DNA from: a virus | Length of the DNA: 64,000 nt | Virus record (IMG/VR): IMGVR_UViG_3300045988_108551 | Reading direction: 5' to 3' (one strand) | Shown: positions 19,901 to 27,319 of the stretch, piece by piece | Numbering within the stretch: the first letter of the stretch is position 1 | How the letters are laid out: each line of letters opens with the position of its first letter | Translations under genes and position numbers: made by a program | The notes under the pieces: generated by a model | Databases searched by the model: none | Told to the model about the DNA's origin: nothing | Seen by the model: the letters and a program-made list of their open reading frames with translations, nothing else

Positions 19901-20440
19901 ATGAAAAACATCATAGATGCCTGGAACGAAAATAAAGACAATATGAATGAGGTAGAAAAAACTAATCTCAAACGCCTCAGTGTCTATGCCGGCACGTTCC
20001 TTATCATGCAAGCCGTATCCATGCTTCTTGCCGGATGGCGTGATGATGATGAAAACGAAGAAAGTTGGCTTACTCAATTTGGATCTTACGTTGGATTCAG
20101 AACCATAAACGAAATAGCTTCACAGATGCCGTTTATTATGGAGCTTAACGTTGTAGATATCATTAACGACCCGTTTGTTATGGGAAGGAAGCTGAAGGAT
20201 CTTACCGATCTTAGGAATTATTCACTTGATAAAGTAACATCCGGTACATACAAAGGAGAGTCTAAGCTATTTAGGCAACTCGCCAAACAGACGTTTATCA
20301 AACAATGGTATAATATCAAGACGCCGGAAGACGTAGCGCGCGCCTATAATTGGTGGCAGCAGACAAACAACAAGTCAATGATGTTCTTCATCGGCGCTAC
20401 TCCTGATTCGGAAGGAGACGATGACGTTAGTTACAAATAG
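13994..20440 (+). CDS. Giant hypothetical protein (2148 aa); candidate virion or tail/ejection protein, function unknown
   Basis: 6.4-kb uninterrupted ORF with ATG start. TACCTTTG -7-like motif 24 nt upstream. Coiled-coil-rich middle, hydrophobic segment near the C-terminus (VYAGTFLIMQAVSMLLAGW). No clear enzymatic motif seen by eye. Confidence 0.9.
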   Translation: MTSTCIIKRDNKKKVVSVSTRSGDRSMLFDKIASIPLMENRERATTVFKTVFSNKFLKAFGDWRRNVPINKQAYNKVKSNIDLIPEAYRERVLDKASKMSNPILVSKSDAPYGIQESGFGFYSQDLGDNIMLVDAMVPSGISIPEGPGIDAGQYLQDAISSDFTPVSMVQDKGVNYMVIKDGLKIFSPEELPQTDSNPVGVTYQTGEPRLFFMNDRSQLFEDYGEALRSGGNDIRIGFLSGTVQESTVDGVADITYKAGKYVLNNPKSFIPVMTASASTSLSTKGGIINYLIKKGLLSGSKIFDPETRSYYLTGEGHTGQIRLFNSALSYTELRNHFGSDVSMNDQGMITISSLDNSNVTMRLATGGTERVSKEQIKNDLKSGRYNELDAKYDHFDALVVSFILEDNDLYADTKAKIVSDYSRQERDQRNSIVEILKTLGVSVIGMTDYIEKYQTKYGHEPSAKALADIANNVIAVGEDATLSDLVEETAHFLVEAYRDQNAVEAVLQDVEGTEEWNQYAGQYYNTYGKAYEGAELDNAVRREILGKILAREMQAGTAQAPVEPTSFLGRVRQLFSGIVSWLKSALSTQRQDLNNVIKNIRDLAITDIDKGFDTSLLKDNDFTLYSLSSMNKNKFLESKIRSLRKTLRDLRQISSDRAVTTSMTLAQLKTIEDKINKVETEIDKNEMAAAMNSMISTAEAQVRYLSNVVNTILHGDTKDGKLHFNTNDRKNVDIINNQVLPIMNDLRGYIRNRSTEFDEREKQDYTNRINTVIADINGIQSDIKSVQDLDESTLLDKLMNELHVPADKVKRVKEFFDKVQHDVSWISRWFGILEHSSSPFNNALGAMIAKDNYNAMVNAQPAISDFLAYAKKHGFNKSEFEKLLQKVDGKTSNYLRSALDMAKYDRNKKLAQMRAFATAMNIEISEEEIGDVVDNNRNYVFKREVVDKDGNTVTENAKFKPSSDRVNTDIFTIEQEKIYTEQMEKWDAENSELEFSESYATRMESIYKKAEEELGHPVSQTTKEYLNALSRQKRILRQPFIDSGGNFDEVAYFKSSNYEEEGLLRKQRKEAASEYIYVGTRRVEKTGDQLKMAKEIQAINEVWRKESNNVTNAVSESFLQKLRAIQSESGGEAALRTLMLGGHLSFNDRFWNDIESEQSARTESNNKASYLKMAHDIISSTTSDRDATDVDSIVKDIEKNKAIIKEIIGNNRDVADIGEINEATFTSSERDAFRAASEAIEADYAILIDYAKMVGLEDIDKYLTKSNKAENEVNQSYLNALADSKEVEWKFVQRHTTAKKAKRIQALRDKLFKAADNRYLFTVSETNYLSEKLGISKELDGRDFRNAVNAKMASLFLNNTREEGIEADIKAGIEEANAIVNEFARSQVFSYYKRMAPTGYAAMIDKIGRGEIDVAQMVKDVQNGTSTQDYGMDISYLSFDPARAWVAESEAENSGRNPDYVKDHGYGHRMPKKSLYRDESYFNDFGIKYDVDGNEVATKNVEQWNMIQKLKEIKRQSLDLYKEQSPNLYAIPQISKQDIERIEGLGINFKNTVRNFVSDLCLDRVDDSLYGKTRQGEVYDPEDRLRSIPKYYIYELENQDDVSHDFGYSYSMLMMQSSLYNEKQKSIELAQGLEQMLLNKQFEGGKKAEATQAYQMFRDFFNDHYYGIRMNTKKLTVNIGGYTVDLTRIMMAVERFMSVMNLALSPFVAATGALTGHINLIMESAVGQYISKDSLKYASAEFSRLAPSCIAETGDIDRKSKLYVIGERMGIFNIRNRMYGAGYNRVARTLMRSPMYAFMEILNYPLDPQVMIATMDNVRYYKGRFYTFQDFKMEKERNKEQSTIKREWNALKDRTLWSMVDVVDGKVVVKPGSGVTVEEVETQMAITRNQVRSLSQICNGSLNEENRTAASRNWIARFMTAHRGWLVLAAQRLWKRRGFNFQTMQEEEGLSITLKNMIAKTFSLASESGMKNIIDAWNENKDNMNEVEKTNLKRLSVYAGTFLIMQAVSMLLAGWRDDDENEESWLTQFGSYVGFRTINEIASQMPFIMELNVVDIINDPFVMGRKLKDLTDLRNYSLDKVTSGTYKGESKLFRQLAKQTFIKQWYNIKTPEDVARAYNWWQQTNNKSMMFFIGATPDSEGDDDVSYK

Positions 20441-20577
20441 ACGAAGAATATCGGACTTGCATTGTTTTTGTATGATTCCAATATGTTATATTAGCATCGT
20501 CAAAGAGTAGATTGTACGTTTTTTTGTTCTTACTTGAAAGATTATGTAGGTTTAATTTTTTCTGAAATTGTTTTCTT

Positions 20578-20620
20578 ACCGGTTCTCAGTCAGAGATGAT
20601 AGGGAACCGGTTTCTTTTAT
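20578..20620 (+). terminator. Rho-independent terminator
   Basis: ACCGGTTC...GAACCGGT 8-bp stem followed by TTCTTTTAT, about 140 nt after the giant ORF stop. Confidence 0.6.
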
Positions 20621-20817
20621 GTTGTCAATTATTGCTATCTTGCAAACAAAAATCATGAGACGAAGATTTCAAATAGGGATGGGGGGTAAATCCCTCGCTT
20701 ATAATCAATAAAGGCATATACATCCAACATGTAGATGGAGGATTATATACAAAAGAAAATTGGTCTAATAAAGGATATTCCAATGATCTATGCAATGGAA
20801 TAGCTCTTGTAGATAAA

Positions 20818-21273
20818 GTGTGTTTTGTTATAGCCACCGAATATATTGGCACATTTCGTTGGGGTAAGGATGGAGAAATAGACAATATATTTGCACAAGA
20901 TAGTTCTCATATTGGAACTATTAAAAAGGATTATTGGGGGCGTGAAAATCAGAATGCGTATCTTGAATATGATACCAGTAATACAGATTACGCTTTTAAT
21001 AAAGCTAATAGCTATTTATTTAAAAATGGTCAAAATGGATATGTAGGTGGCGCCGGAGAGTTTTTTTTGATATCATTGTATGCTAATGAAATAAACGAAT
21101 GCCTTTTAATGGTAGGAGGTACGATAATGAGTAATAGAATGTGGACATCCACTCGAAATACAAAATTTACCTATTCGTGGTATTATGATATAAACATCCA
21201 AGGAGATCATTTGGATACAGGTTCAAGGGGTAGTTCACATTATGTCCGCCCTTTTACTGAATTAATTTTATGA
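20818..21273 (+). CDS. DUF1566/Lcl-like (C-type-lectin-like fold) domain protein; non-ATG (GTG) start or disrupted N-terminus
   Basis: C-terminal MWTST...SWYYDINIQG...GSRGSSHYVRPF resembles the YWSST...G..vRcVR pattern of the minus-strand gene 48086..48922. No ATG in frame. Upstream short ORFs in another frame (MRRRFQIG...* at about 20654) look like a displaced N-terminus. Confidence 0.5.
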   Translation: MCFVIATEYIGTFRWGKDGEIDNIFAQDSSHIGTIKKDYWGRENQNAYLEYDTSNTDYAFNKANSYLFKNGQNGYVGGAGEFFLISLYANEINECLLMVGGTIMSNRMWTSTRNTKFTYSWYYDINIQGDHLDTGSRGSSHYVRPFTELIL

Positions 21274-21277
21274 AATT

Positions 21278-21727
21278 ATGAGAAGAAGATTTGAAAATAT
21301 TAAGACAGTTGCCGGCGTCAAGATCCCTGTTTTTGCTTGTTCGATTTCGGCCCCTACAACCACATGGCGAAATCCTGTACCTATTCTTGGTTGTAGATAC
21401 CGATCTAATGGAGCAACTATGGCGGCTTCCTATGTTTTAGATGAAATTAATAATAGCAAGGTATGTACGATGGGCGGTAATCCTATAAGTTGTACGATAT
21501 CAAATTCTGGACAATATATCCAGGCTTACTTTAATGAAGGACAGGTAACAGGTGATATTATATTACAGTTTACGATTGGAGACGTTTTTTATTATTTCTT
21601 TATTACAGAAGGATCCAATCAAGTACCTCAACTGAAATTAAGTCCAAGTACTCACCTTATTCATTCAATATATAAGATAAGTACAATTGGCAGCTTTGTC
21701 CCTATTGATACCTATGTGGAATTATAA
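21278..21727 (+). CDS. Hypothetical protein (149 aa), N-terminus MRRRF
   Basis: ATG start 4 nt after the previous stop. Confidence 0.65.
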   Translation: MRRRFENIKTVAGVKIPVFACSISAPTTTWRNPVPILGCRYRSNGATMAASYVLDEINNSKVCTMGGNPISCTISNSGQYIQAYFNEGQVTGDIILQFTIGDVFYYFFITEGSNQVPQLKLSPSTHLIHSIYKISTIGSFVPIDTYVEL

Positions 21728-21791
21728 TAAAAGATATAAAAATAGTACTAAAATGTATTAGTATAAGATAAGACGGTTATTAATCATATAT

Positions 21792-21840
21792 TACAATAAT
21801 CCCCAACCGTACACCTATTGTATGGCCGGGGATTATTGTA
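21792..21840. terminator. Bidirectional terminator hairpin at the convergence of the plus and minus transcription blocks
   Basis: Perfect 13-bp inverted repeat TACAATAATCCCC ... GGGGATTATTGTA abutting the stop of the minus gene 21842..22090 and lying about 65 nt after the plus gene 21278..21727. Confidence 0.55.
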
Positions 21841-21841
21841 G

Positions 21842-22090
21842 TTACCATCTTCTCTTGTAACAAGAGTCCACTACCTTTACCTTTCCTTCTTCTTTCTCAC
21901 CATAATTAAATTCATACGCATCTTCGAATGAATAAAAAACAGCATAATACGACACGCCAAACATATTATATTTTATTCTGTTTTTCCATTTCCCAAAAAT
22001 GTTTTGATATTGGCACCAATATTCTATTTCCCCATTAGTTAATTTCCTTTCAAATATTCTAATAGGAACATGAAATAGATTCCTAAGCAT
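21842..22090 (-). CDS. Hypothetical protein (82 aa)
   Basis: ORF overlaps the upstream minus gene by 8 nt. Confidence 0.6.
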   Translation of the reverse strand: MLRNLFHVPIRIFERKLTNGEIEYWCQYQNIFGKWKNRIKYNMFGVSYYAVFYSFEDAYEFNYGEKEEGKVKVVDSCYKRRW

Positions 22091-22571
22091 TAGCTTTATG
22101 ACCTTCCCTATCTGTGAAAACTAAACCAATACCTTCTATAATATATCCTACTACAGGAGCTTTGTCAAATTCCTCCTTCGTAGCCCAAGTGGCATTATCA
22201 GGCATCAGATCCTTAAATGCATCCGAAACATCACCTTGGCACCAGCAGTTATTTGATACAACAATGCCTTTCCCTTCGATATTGATATACATTTTTCTTC
22301 CACCGCATCCAAGGCTGTTCCATCCGCTCGGTACGTTTTCCACCATAGGCTTAAGCACCCAGCTTTCACCGTCTATCCTAACCCATCCTGGATCGTCTTT
22401 GTGCTTGTCGTACATATTTTGCCAAAAAGAGCATTCGTAGCACCACCCCCTGTCTTCCATGACAGTTCTTATCTCACACCTTTCAAATCCATCTGCATCC
22501 ATCGTGTGCGGAGAATGAGGCTGGTGAGGAGTGCCACATTTTGGACATACGAGTTTTAAATTATTTTCCAT
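22083..22571 (-). CDS. Cys-rich hypothetical protein (162 aa)
   Basis: CPKCG N-terminal zinc-ribbon-like motif. Confidence 0.7.
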   Translation of the reverse strand: MENNLKLVCPKCGTPHQPHSPHTMDADGFERCEIRTVMEDRGWCYECSFWQNMYDKHKDDPGWVRIDGESWVLKPMVENVPSGWNSLGCGGRKMYINIEGKGIVVSNNCWCQGDVSDAFKDLMPDNATWATKEEFDKAPVVGYIIEGIGLVFTDREGHKANA

Positions 22572-22809
22572 ATTGTTTCACTTTTATGATCTTAATAGAA
22601 TCTCCTATATTGTATTCCCCTTGGTATCCAACGAATTTTATAAGTCTATTACTGTTAAATATTGAAAATCCTCCGTCTTCACCATAATACATCACACGCC
22701 CACCCTGTAAAGGACGTAAATCATATATAACCCATCCGTTATTAACCTGACTATCATCATGCGAACATGATGATAACACAAGTGCCATCAATAAAACAAA
22801 ATACCTCAT
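22561..22809 (-). CDS. Putative lipoprotein (82 aa)
   Basis: Signal peptide MRYFVLLMALVLSSC with an LSSC lipobox. Confidence 0.65.
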   Translation of the reverse strand: MRYFVLLMALVLSSCSHDDSQVNNGWVIYDLRPLQGGRVMYYGEDGGFSIFNSNRLIKFVGYQGEYNIGDSIKIIKVKQYGK

Positions 22810-22816
22810 GTTATTT

Positions 22817-23008
22817 TCAACATAAAAATTTATAACCTGGTTTTACTGCCTCTGCTTCTTCTCTCGTATCAAACATTAAGATAGTAGTTGATTCTGTACC
22901 TTCACAAATGTAAGATACTTCCACCCACCACCTAAAAATTCCAGAGCCATAATCATCATAGTACGGCTCAGAAAGAACTTCTTCTACATACCCATCCAAA
23001 TAATTCAC
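22817..23008 (-). CDS. Small hypothetical protein (63 aa)
   Basis: ORF with ATGA overlap. Confidence 0.5.
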   Translation of the reverse strand: MNYLDGYVEEVLSEPYYDDYGSGIFRWWVEVSYICEGTESTTILMFDTREEAEAVKPGYKFLC

Positions 23009-23727
23009 GATCGCTCCTCCTTATTTTTAGATTCTGCCTCTTCGAGTATGCTGATCACCTTATCAACAATATCCGAATCAGACATTTTCTCAATAAAAAC
23101 ATCCATTGCCTTAGTTATGTCATTGGCTTCTTTTTCTTCAAGAGCTATTTCTCCACCGGTAATAGCATCAGATAATGATGTAGATAAGTGTCTTATCTTA
23201 TCAATGCTCATAAACGTAAATGGATTACCACCTTGACCTCCACCCATTTCTTTCATGATCTGATATCCACCTGAGATAAGTCTGCCTGATGTCGTGGCCA
23301 AGGAGGATACGATTAGGGACAGTACCGCCGCTTCCGTCCGCTCCTCGGACACACCCCTCGACCACACGGCTGCCCTTATAGCGCCGGCCAGATCGTCTAT
23401 GTATGGCATGAGGCAATCTTCCATCGCTTGTGTTATATCAGCTATAACCTCACTACGCTCTTTATTTATGTAGTAGATAGAAGCATTGTACCTCTTTATC
23501 TCTTTGTCCATGTCATTTAAAAGACGCTTGATATTGTGCTTATACATAGGACTGGTTTTAATTACTTCCTTTAGCTTAAGAATGTAATTATAAGCCTGGT
23601 CGTTTACGAACAACGTCATGGTCTCAACCGTTGAATGAAGCGTGTTAAGACTGTTAAGAATCTTATCGAAATTGTTTATCAAATAAGCTTTTCTGGCTTT
23701 TGCCGCGTAATTAATCATCGCATTCAA
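23005..23727 (-). CDS. Hypothetical protein (240 aa)
   Basis: ORF overlapping neighbours at both ends. Confidence 0.75.
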   Translation of the reverse strand: MNAMINYAAKARKAYLINNFDKILNSLNTLHSTVETMTLFVNDQAYNYILKLKEVIKTSPMYKHNIKRLLNDMDKEIKRYNASIYYINKERSEVIADITQAMEDCLMPYIDDLAGAIRAAVWSRGVSEERTEAAVLSLIVSSLATTSGRLISGGYQIMKEMGGGQGGNPFTFMSIDKIRHLSTSLSDAITGGEIALEEKEANDITKAMDVFIEKMSDSDIVDKVISILEEAESKNKEERS

Positions 23728-24253
23728 ATTTTAGATTTTCAAGTTCGAGTATTTGTAACCTAAGAGACTTAATTAAATCCGTTCTCTGTTCCTCTGCATG
23801 TTTTAAAGCCTCTTCCTTGCTTTCAAAAGCACAATCCCCTATCTGATAAGGGGTGTAACGACCAGGAGTGTCGGCTAATAAAAGACCACCACAATCTTCT
23901 ATTCTGGCTTTTACCTTTCTTATTTTCCCATCTTTTAGACACATGTCCGTAACCCATACGAATTTACCATATAATTTATCATACTCTTCTAATCTCTCTT
24001 CTTGCAATTCATACCATTTAGGCTTAGGAAATCTTAATGTGAATTTAATTTCGGTATCTTTCTCTAAGACATTAATATCATACGCCTCCGGCCACAGTTC
24101 TTTTATGCTGTCTTCATCTTCAGCATACGCCACCAATACAAATGAATTATCGGATTCTGCACTACACCAATATGGATATTTTATAGGCCATTTGACTGGA
24201 CGGTAGTCGTTGTCGCAGTCGGATTTTTTAATGTAAAATCTTGCTCTAATCAT
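23711..24253 (-). CDS. Hypothetical protein (180 aa)
   Basis: ORF with ATGA overlap with the methyltransferase gene. Confidence 0.7.
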   Translation of the reverse strand: MIRARFYIKKSDCDNDYRPVKWPIKYPYWCSAESDNSFVLVAYAEDEDSIKELWPEAYDINVLEKDTEIKFTLRFPKPKWYELQEERLEEYDKLYGKFVWVTDMCLKDGKIRKVKARIEDCGGLLLADTPGRYTPYQIGDCAFESKEEALKHAEEQRTDLIKSLRLQILELENLKFECDD

Positions 24254-25449
24254 GATTCTTTTATTCTTTTAAGTATATGTTCAATAACTTTAATAGTCCA
24301 CCCGTTTCCCAACATCTTGTACTGTTGGGTTTCGCTGCATTCCCATTTATACCAATCTGGTACAGTCTGTAACCTGGAGCACTCTGTAGGGGTTAATCTT
24401 CTTATTCTGAAATCGCCATGTAATGTTCTCTGTATGATAAAATTGTTTCTATCATATGAATTACAAGATAATGTTGGAGTCTTATCTTCATGAAATCCAC
24501 CTTTGTTAAATCCTCTTGGTATTTGGAAAATAAGATTATCTTTCTGAACTGTTGTGAGACAATTGGATTTTCCATCGTTTTTAAATTCAATCATCTGAAC
24601 TGTTTTAAGACCAGATTCTCTACATGTAGGTTTTTCTGGATTCCTACCTCTCATTGCTACACAAATAAGATCGTACGTGTATTTACCCTTTACGGTAACA
24701 GTATTGGATTTTTCATCTTTTGTTTTAATATTAGCTCCATAATAATTCCCCTTGTCGTGATTTCTTTTCAAGTGAAAAGCTAAATTGTTTAAAACTTTTT
24801 CAGATAAGTAATATTTTTCATCTACTTCATATTCCTCTATATCACTTATGGTCAAACCCTCGTCTTTAGGCTGAGGGATAATGCCGCCTTGAATATTAGT
24901 CCAATAAATACGTTTCCTGGTTTGAGCGGAAACAAGTGCTGAATTAATATGATTGCCTTTACACCCTATAGCATCATCGAATACCGGCTCCCATTTCTTT
25001 CCCATCTTAACGTTCTCAAGAAGAAACAACACATCAGGATTAGTTTTTCTTACATCATTCAAAATACGAATAAACTCCCAGAATAAGTAAGACTGACCGG
25101 CAAATTCAAATCCTTGTTTTTTTAATTCAAGATACTCATCAAGTGATTTGATTTCTATTCCTTCTACGGTAGACAACCCTTTTCTTTTTCCAGAAAAGGA
25201 CATATCTGTACATGGGCTGCCGGCTAAAATAAGATCTATGTGTCCAAGATCTTCTACATTCAAATCCCTTACATCTCCTACTTGTATCGTATTAGGGAAA
25301 TTTAATTGCGTTTGTTTAATAGCAAACTTATCTATTTCTGATGCATAATATACTTCAGGTGTGATCCCTACTTCTTTTAACGCTATTTGACCACATGACA
25401 TTCCGTCAAATAAACTTAACACTCTCATGGCATTATACACATTTTTCAA
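24250..25449 (-). CDS. DNA (cytosine-5)-methyltransferase
   Basis: Motif I LFDGMSCG (FxGxG), motif IV GSPCTDMSFSG (PC), motif VI ENV (LLENVKM), C-terminal QTVPDWY ... GNGWT. No adjacent restriction endonuclease. Confidence 0.9.
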   Translation of the reverse strand: MKNVYNAMRVLSLFDGMSCGQIALKEVGITPEVYYASEIDKFAIKQTQLNFPNTIQVGDVRDLNVEDLGHIDLILAGSPCTDMSFSGKRKGLSTVEGIEIKSLDEYLELKKQGFEFAGQSYLFWEFIRILNDVRKTNPDVLFLLENVKMGKKWEPVFDDAIGCKGNHINSALVSAQTRKRIYWTNIQGGIIPQPKDEGLTISDIEEYEVDEKYYLSEKVLNNLAFHLKRNHDKGNYYGANIKTKDEKSNTVTVKGKYTYDLICVAMRGRNPEKPTCRESGLKTVQMIEFKNDGKSNCLTTVQKDNLIFQIPRGFNKGGFHEDKTPTLSCNSYDRNNFIIQRTLHGDFRIRRLTPTECSRLQTVPDWYKWECSETQQYKMLGNGWTIKVIEHILKRIKES

Positions 25450-25741
25450 TTTTAATTAATTTTGATGATAGATACATATTCCATTTTCCTCTGCCTCTAT
25501 CACCTTTTTCGTTTTGTTTTTGGATTGTCAAGTACAGATCTCCGTCTTCACATACTTCAACTTTTTTCAAGAAGCCTATCATTTCATCTCCTGTTTCGTG
25601 TAAAATACGGATCTTATCTCCTTCTTTTAACCCATAATTGGAATCAAAGTATTCTTTTTTGATTCTATCAATATTGTCTTTATGTTTTTTTATAGCATAA
25701 AGCTCTTTTCTTAATAAATAATTTAGTTGTTCTATTGTCAT
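25433..25741 (-). CDS. Hypothetical protein (102 aa)
   Basis: ORF overlapping neighbouring genes. Confidence 0.6.
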   Translation of the reverse strand: MTIEQLNYLLRKELYAIKKHKDNIDRIKKEYFDSNYGLKEGDKIRILHETGDEMIGFLKKVEVCEDGDLYLTIQKQNEKGDRGRGKWNMYLSSKLIKIEKCV

Positions 25742-26295
25742 TTCTTTTCCTCCTTATTTAATGGTATTAATCCTTTCCCGTGCTTATCATACCACAGCAT
25801 AGCTATACAATTCCATGCACATTGTGCAAGATGAAAACATCCTGTATCAGAATCCACTCTTTCTCCTTTCATGTATTCTATCAGGTGTCTAAACATTGCC
25901 GCGCGATACCGTTCAAAGCCGTTGTCAAGATTCTGCCAATTATTAGGCCCATATTTCTTGGCTCCAGCATGATAGACTTTTACAATGTCCTCAATTTCTT
26001 CCATCGGAAGCAAATCCCATCGTAGTTTATCGTCAATGATGTCATTTTTCACCGATTTGTTTTCTCTGGATACTTTGACAGGAATAATACCCATAATGTC
26101 CGTTCCTATGATAAACGTCTCTCCATTGCAACAAACCTCAGCATATTCATCATCTACCTCTATGTCTGATACTGCCTCCACTATAGCTCCTCTGGCTATT
26201 TCTAATTCGGAACTGATTACATCACTTTCCAACATGCGAAAAATAGATCCTTTTGGATAAAGGATCTGTTTAGTATTATTGTCCATCTTTTCCAT
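25738..26295 (-). CDS. dATP/dGTP diphosphohydrolase-like N-terminal-domain protein (phage nucleotide pyrophosphohydrolase family)
   Basis: RWDLLP ... YHAGAKKYGPNNW ... RYRAAMFRHL ... HLAQCAWNCIAMLWY matches the conserved R-DLLP / GA-KY / NW / RHL / HLA-WN pattern of that phage family as I recall it. Confidence 0.6.
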   Translation of the reverse strand: MEKMDNNTKQILYPKGSIFRMLESDVISSELEIARGAIVEAVSDIEVDDEYAEVCCNGETFIIGTDIMGIIPVKVSRENKSVKNDIIDDKLRWDLLPMEEIEDIVKVYHAGAKKYGPNNWQNLDNGFERYRAAMFRHLIEYMKGERVDSDTGCFHLAQCAWNCIAMLWYDKHGKGLIPLNKEEKK

Positions 26296-26339
26296 TGTTT
26301 TATCGTTGTTTTAATCGCTTGATATAATAATATAATCCA

Positions 26340-26678
26340 TCATTCTCCTGTAAAGCGGTCAAATTCTTCTCCGCTCATGACAATGCGGTTAATGATAATT
26401 ATGCCGTTATTGCTATAATTATCACTTTTAACTCCCATATCATCAAGCTCCTTCTTTAAGTCTTCAAATGTGGGACCTTTCTTGTCTTTGAAAAATAAAG
26501 TAGCATGTACAACCTTTCCATTGTTTAGTTTTACTCTCACGGTATAGACATACCCTTTTTCATCTTCATCCTTTTTATTGATATCATCAAGGATGCTATT
26601 TATCATATCCTTGTCCTCACGTGATAGGTTGGATATGGCTATTCTGCCCTTTAATCTAAATACTTCATTTTCGTTCAT
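26340..26678 (-). CDS. Hypothetical protein (112 aa)
   Basis: ORF. Confidence 0.65.
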   Translation of the reverse strand: MNENEVFRLKGRIAISNLSREDKDMINSILDDINKKDEDEKGYVYTVRVKLNNGKVVHATLFFKDKKGPTFEDLKKELDDMGVKSDNYSNNGIIIINRIVMSGEEFDRFTGE

Positions 26679-26962
26679 GACTTTCTGTTTTTGTTGTTTT
26701 CAAAATATTGTCTTACGGCTTCTATGGCTTTATCATCATCAAAAGCTTCTTCAAACTCCGTGTAGAACCTATCTCGCTCCATGCAGAATGTGTTTTTTCC
26801 TTCCGGTATAGGACGGAACACAACCACCCTCTCTTTGTCGTGATTGGTTCCTATTATGTTATTGTCTAAGATAATAGAATACCTTCTTGAACTTTTGTTG
26901 ATAACAACATCATGTTGAAGACCATACAATTTAAGTATTTCCCTTAATTGATTTGTTTCCAT
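26675..26962 (-). CDS. Hypothetical protein (95 aa)
   Basis: ATGA overlap. Confidence 0.6.
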   Translation of the reverse strand: METNQLREILKLYGLQHDVVINKSSRRYSIILDNNIIGTNHDKERVVVFRPIPEGKNTFCMERDRFYTEFEEAFDDDKAIEAVRQYFENNKNRKS

Positions 26963-27319
26963 TTATATTATTCCTTCCAAATTTACTTTAATAGAACCAT
27001 TTATGGTTTTAATGCTCCCATCTATGGTCGAAATCACATCATCTATATCATTTATAATACTTTCCATGTCATCAACCACCTCCTCCATATCAGTTACAGC
27101 CTGATCTGACTCCCAATATCTTTCTGAGTCTTGTAACGATTCCGGTATATTATCTCTCGCCTCAGTCTCTTCGTCTAAAATCATATCAACATCATCTTTG
27201 GCTGAATTTATGTTGCACTTCAACTCCGACAACTTTGATTTGATGTATTCAAAATCCGTTTTATACTTATTTACGTTGTTAATAACATCCAATATTTTTT
27301 TTCTTCTCTTGTTGTTCAT
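26963..27319 (-). CDS. Acidic hypothetical protein (118 aa)
   Basis: ORF; Asp/Glu-rich. Confidence 0.6.
   Translation of the reverse strand: MNNKRRKKILDVINNVNKYKTDFEYIKSKLSELKCNINSAKDDVDMILDEETEARDNIPESLQDSERYWESDQAVTDMEEVVDDMESIINDIDDVISTIDGSIKTINGSIKVNLEGII

Noticed and set aside
13994-20440. Calling the giant ORF a virion RNA polymerase.
   Set aside because: No DxDGD-type catalytic motif was found by eye; only DVDGNE. The call is left as unknown, with a suggested test.
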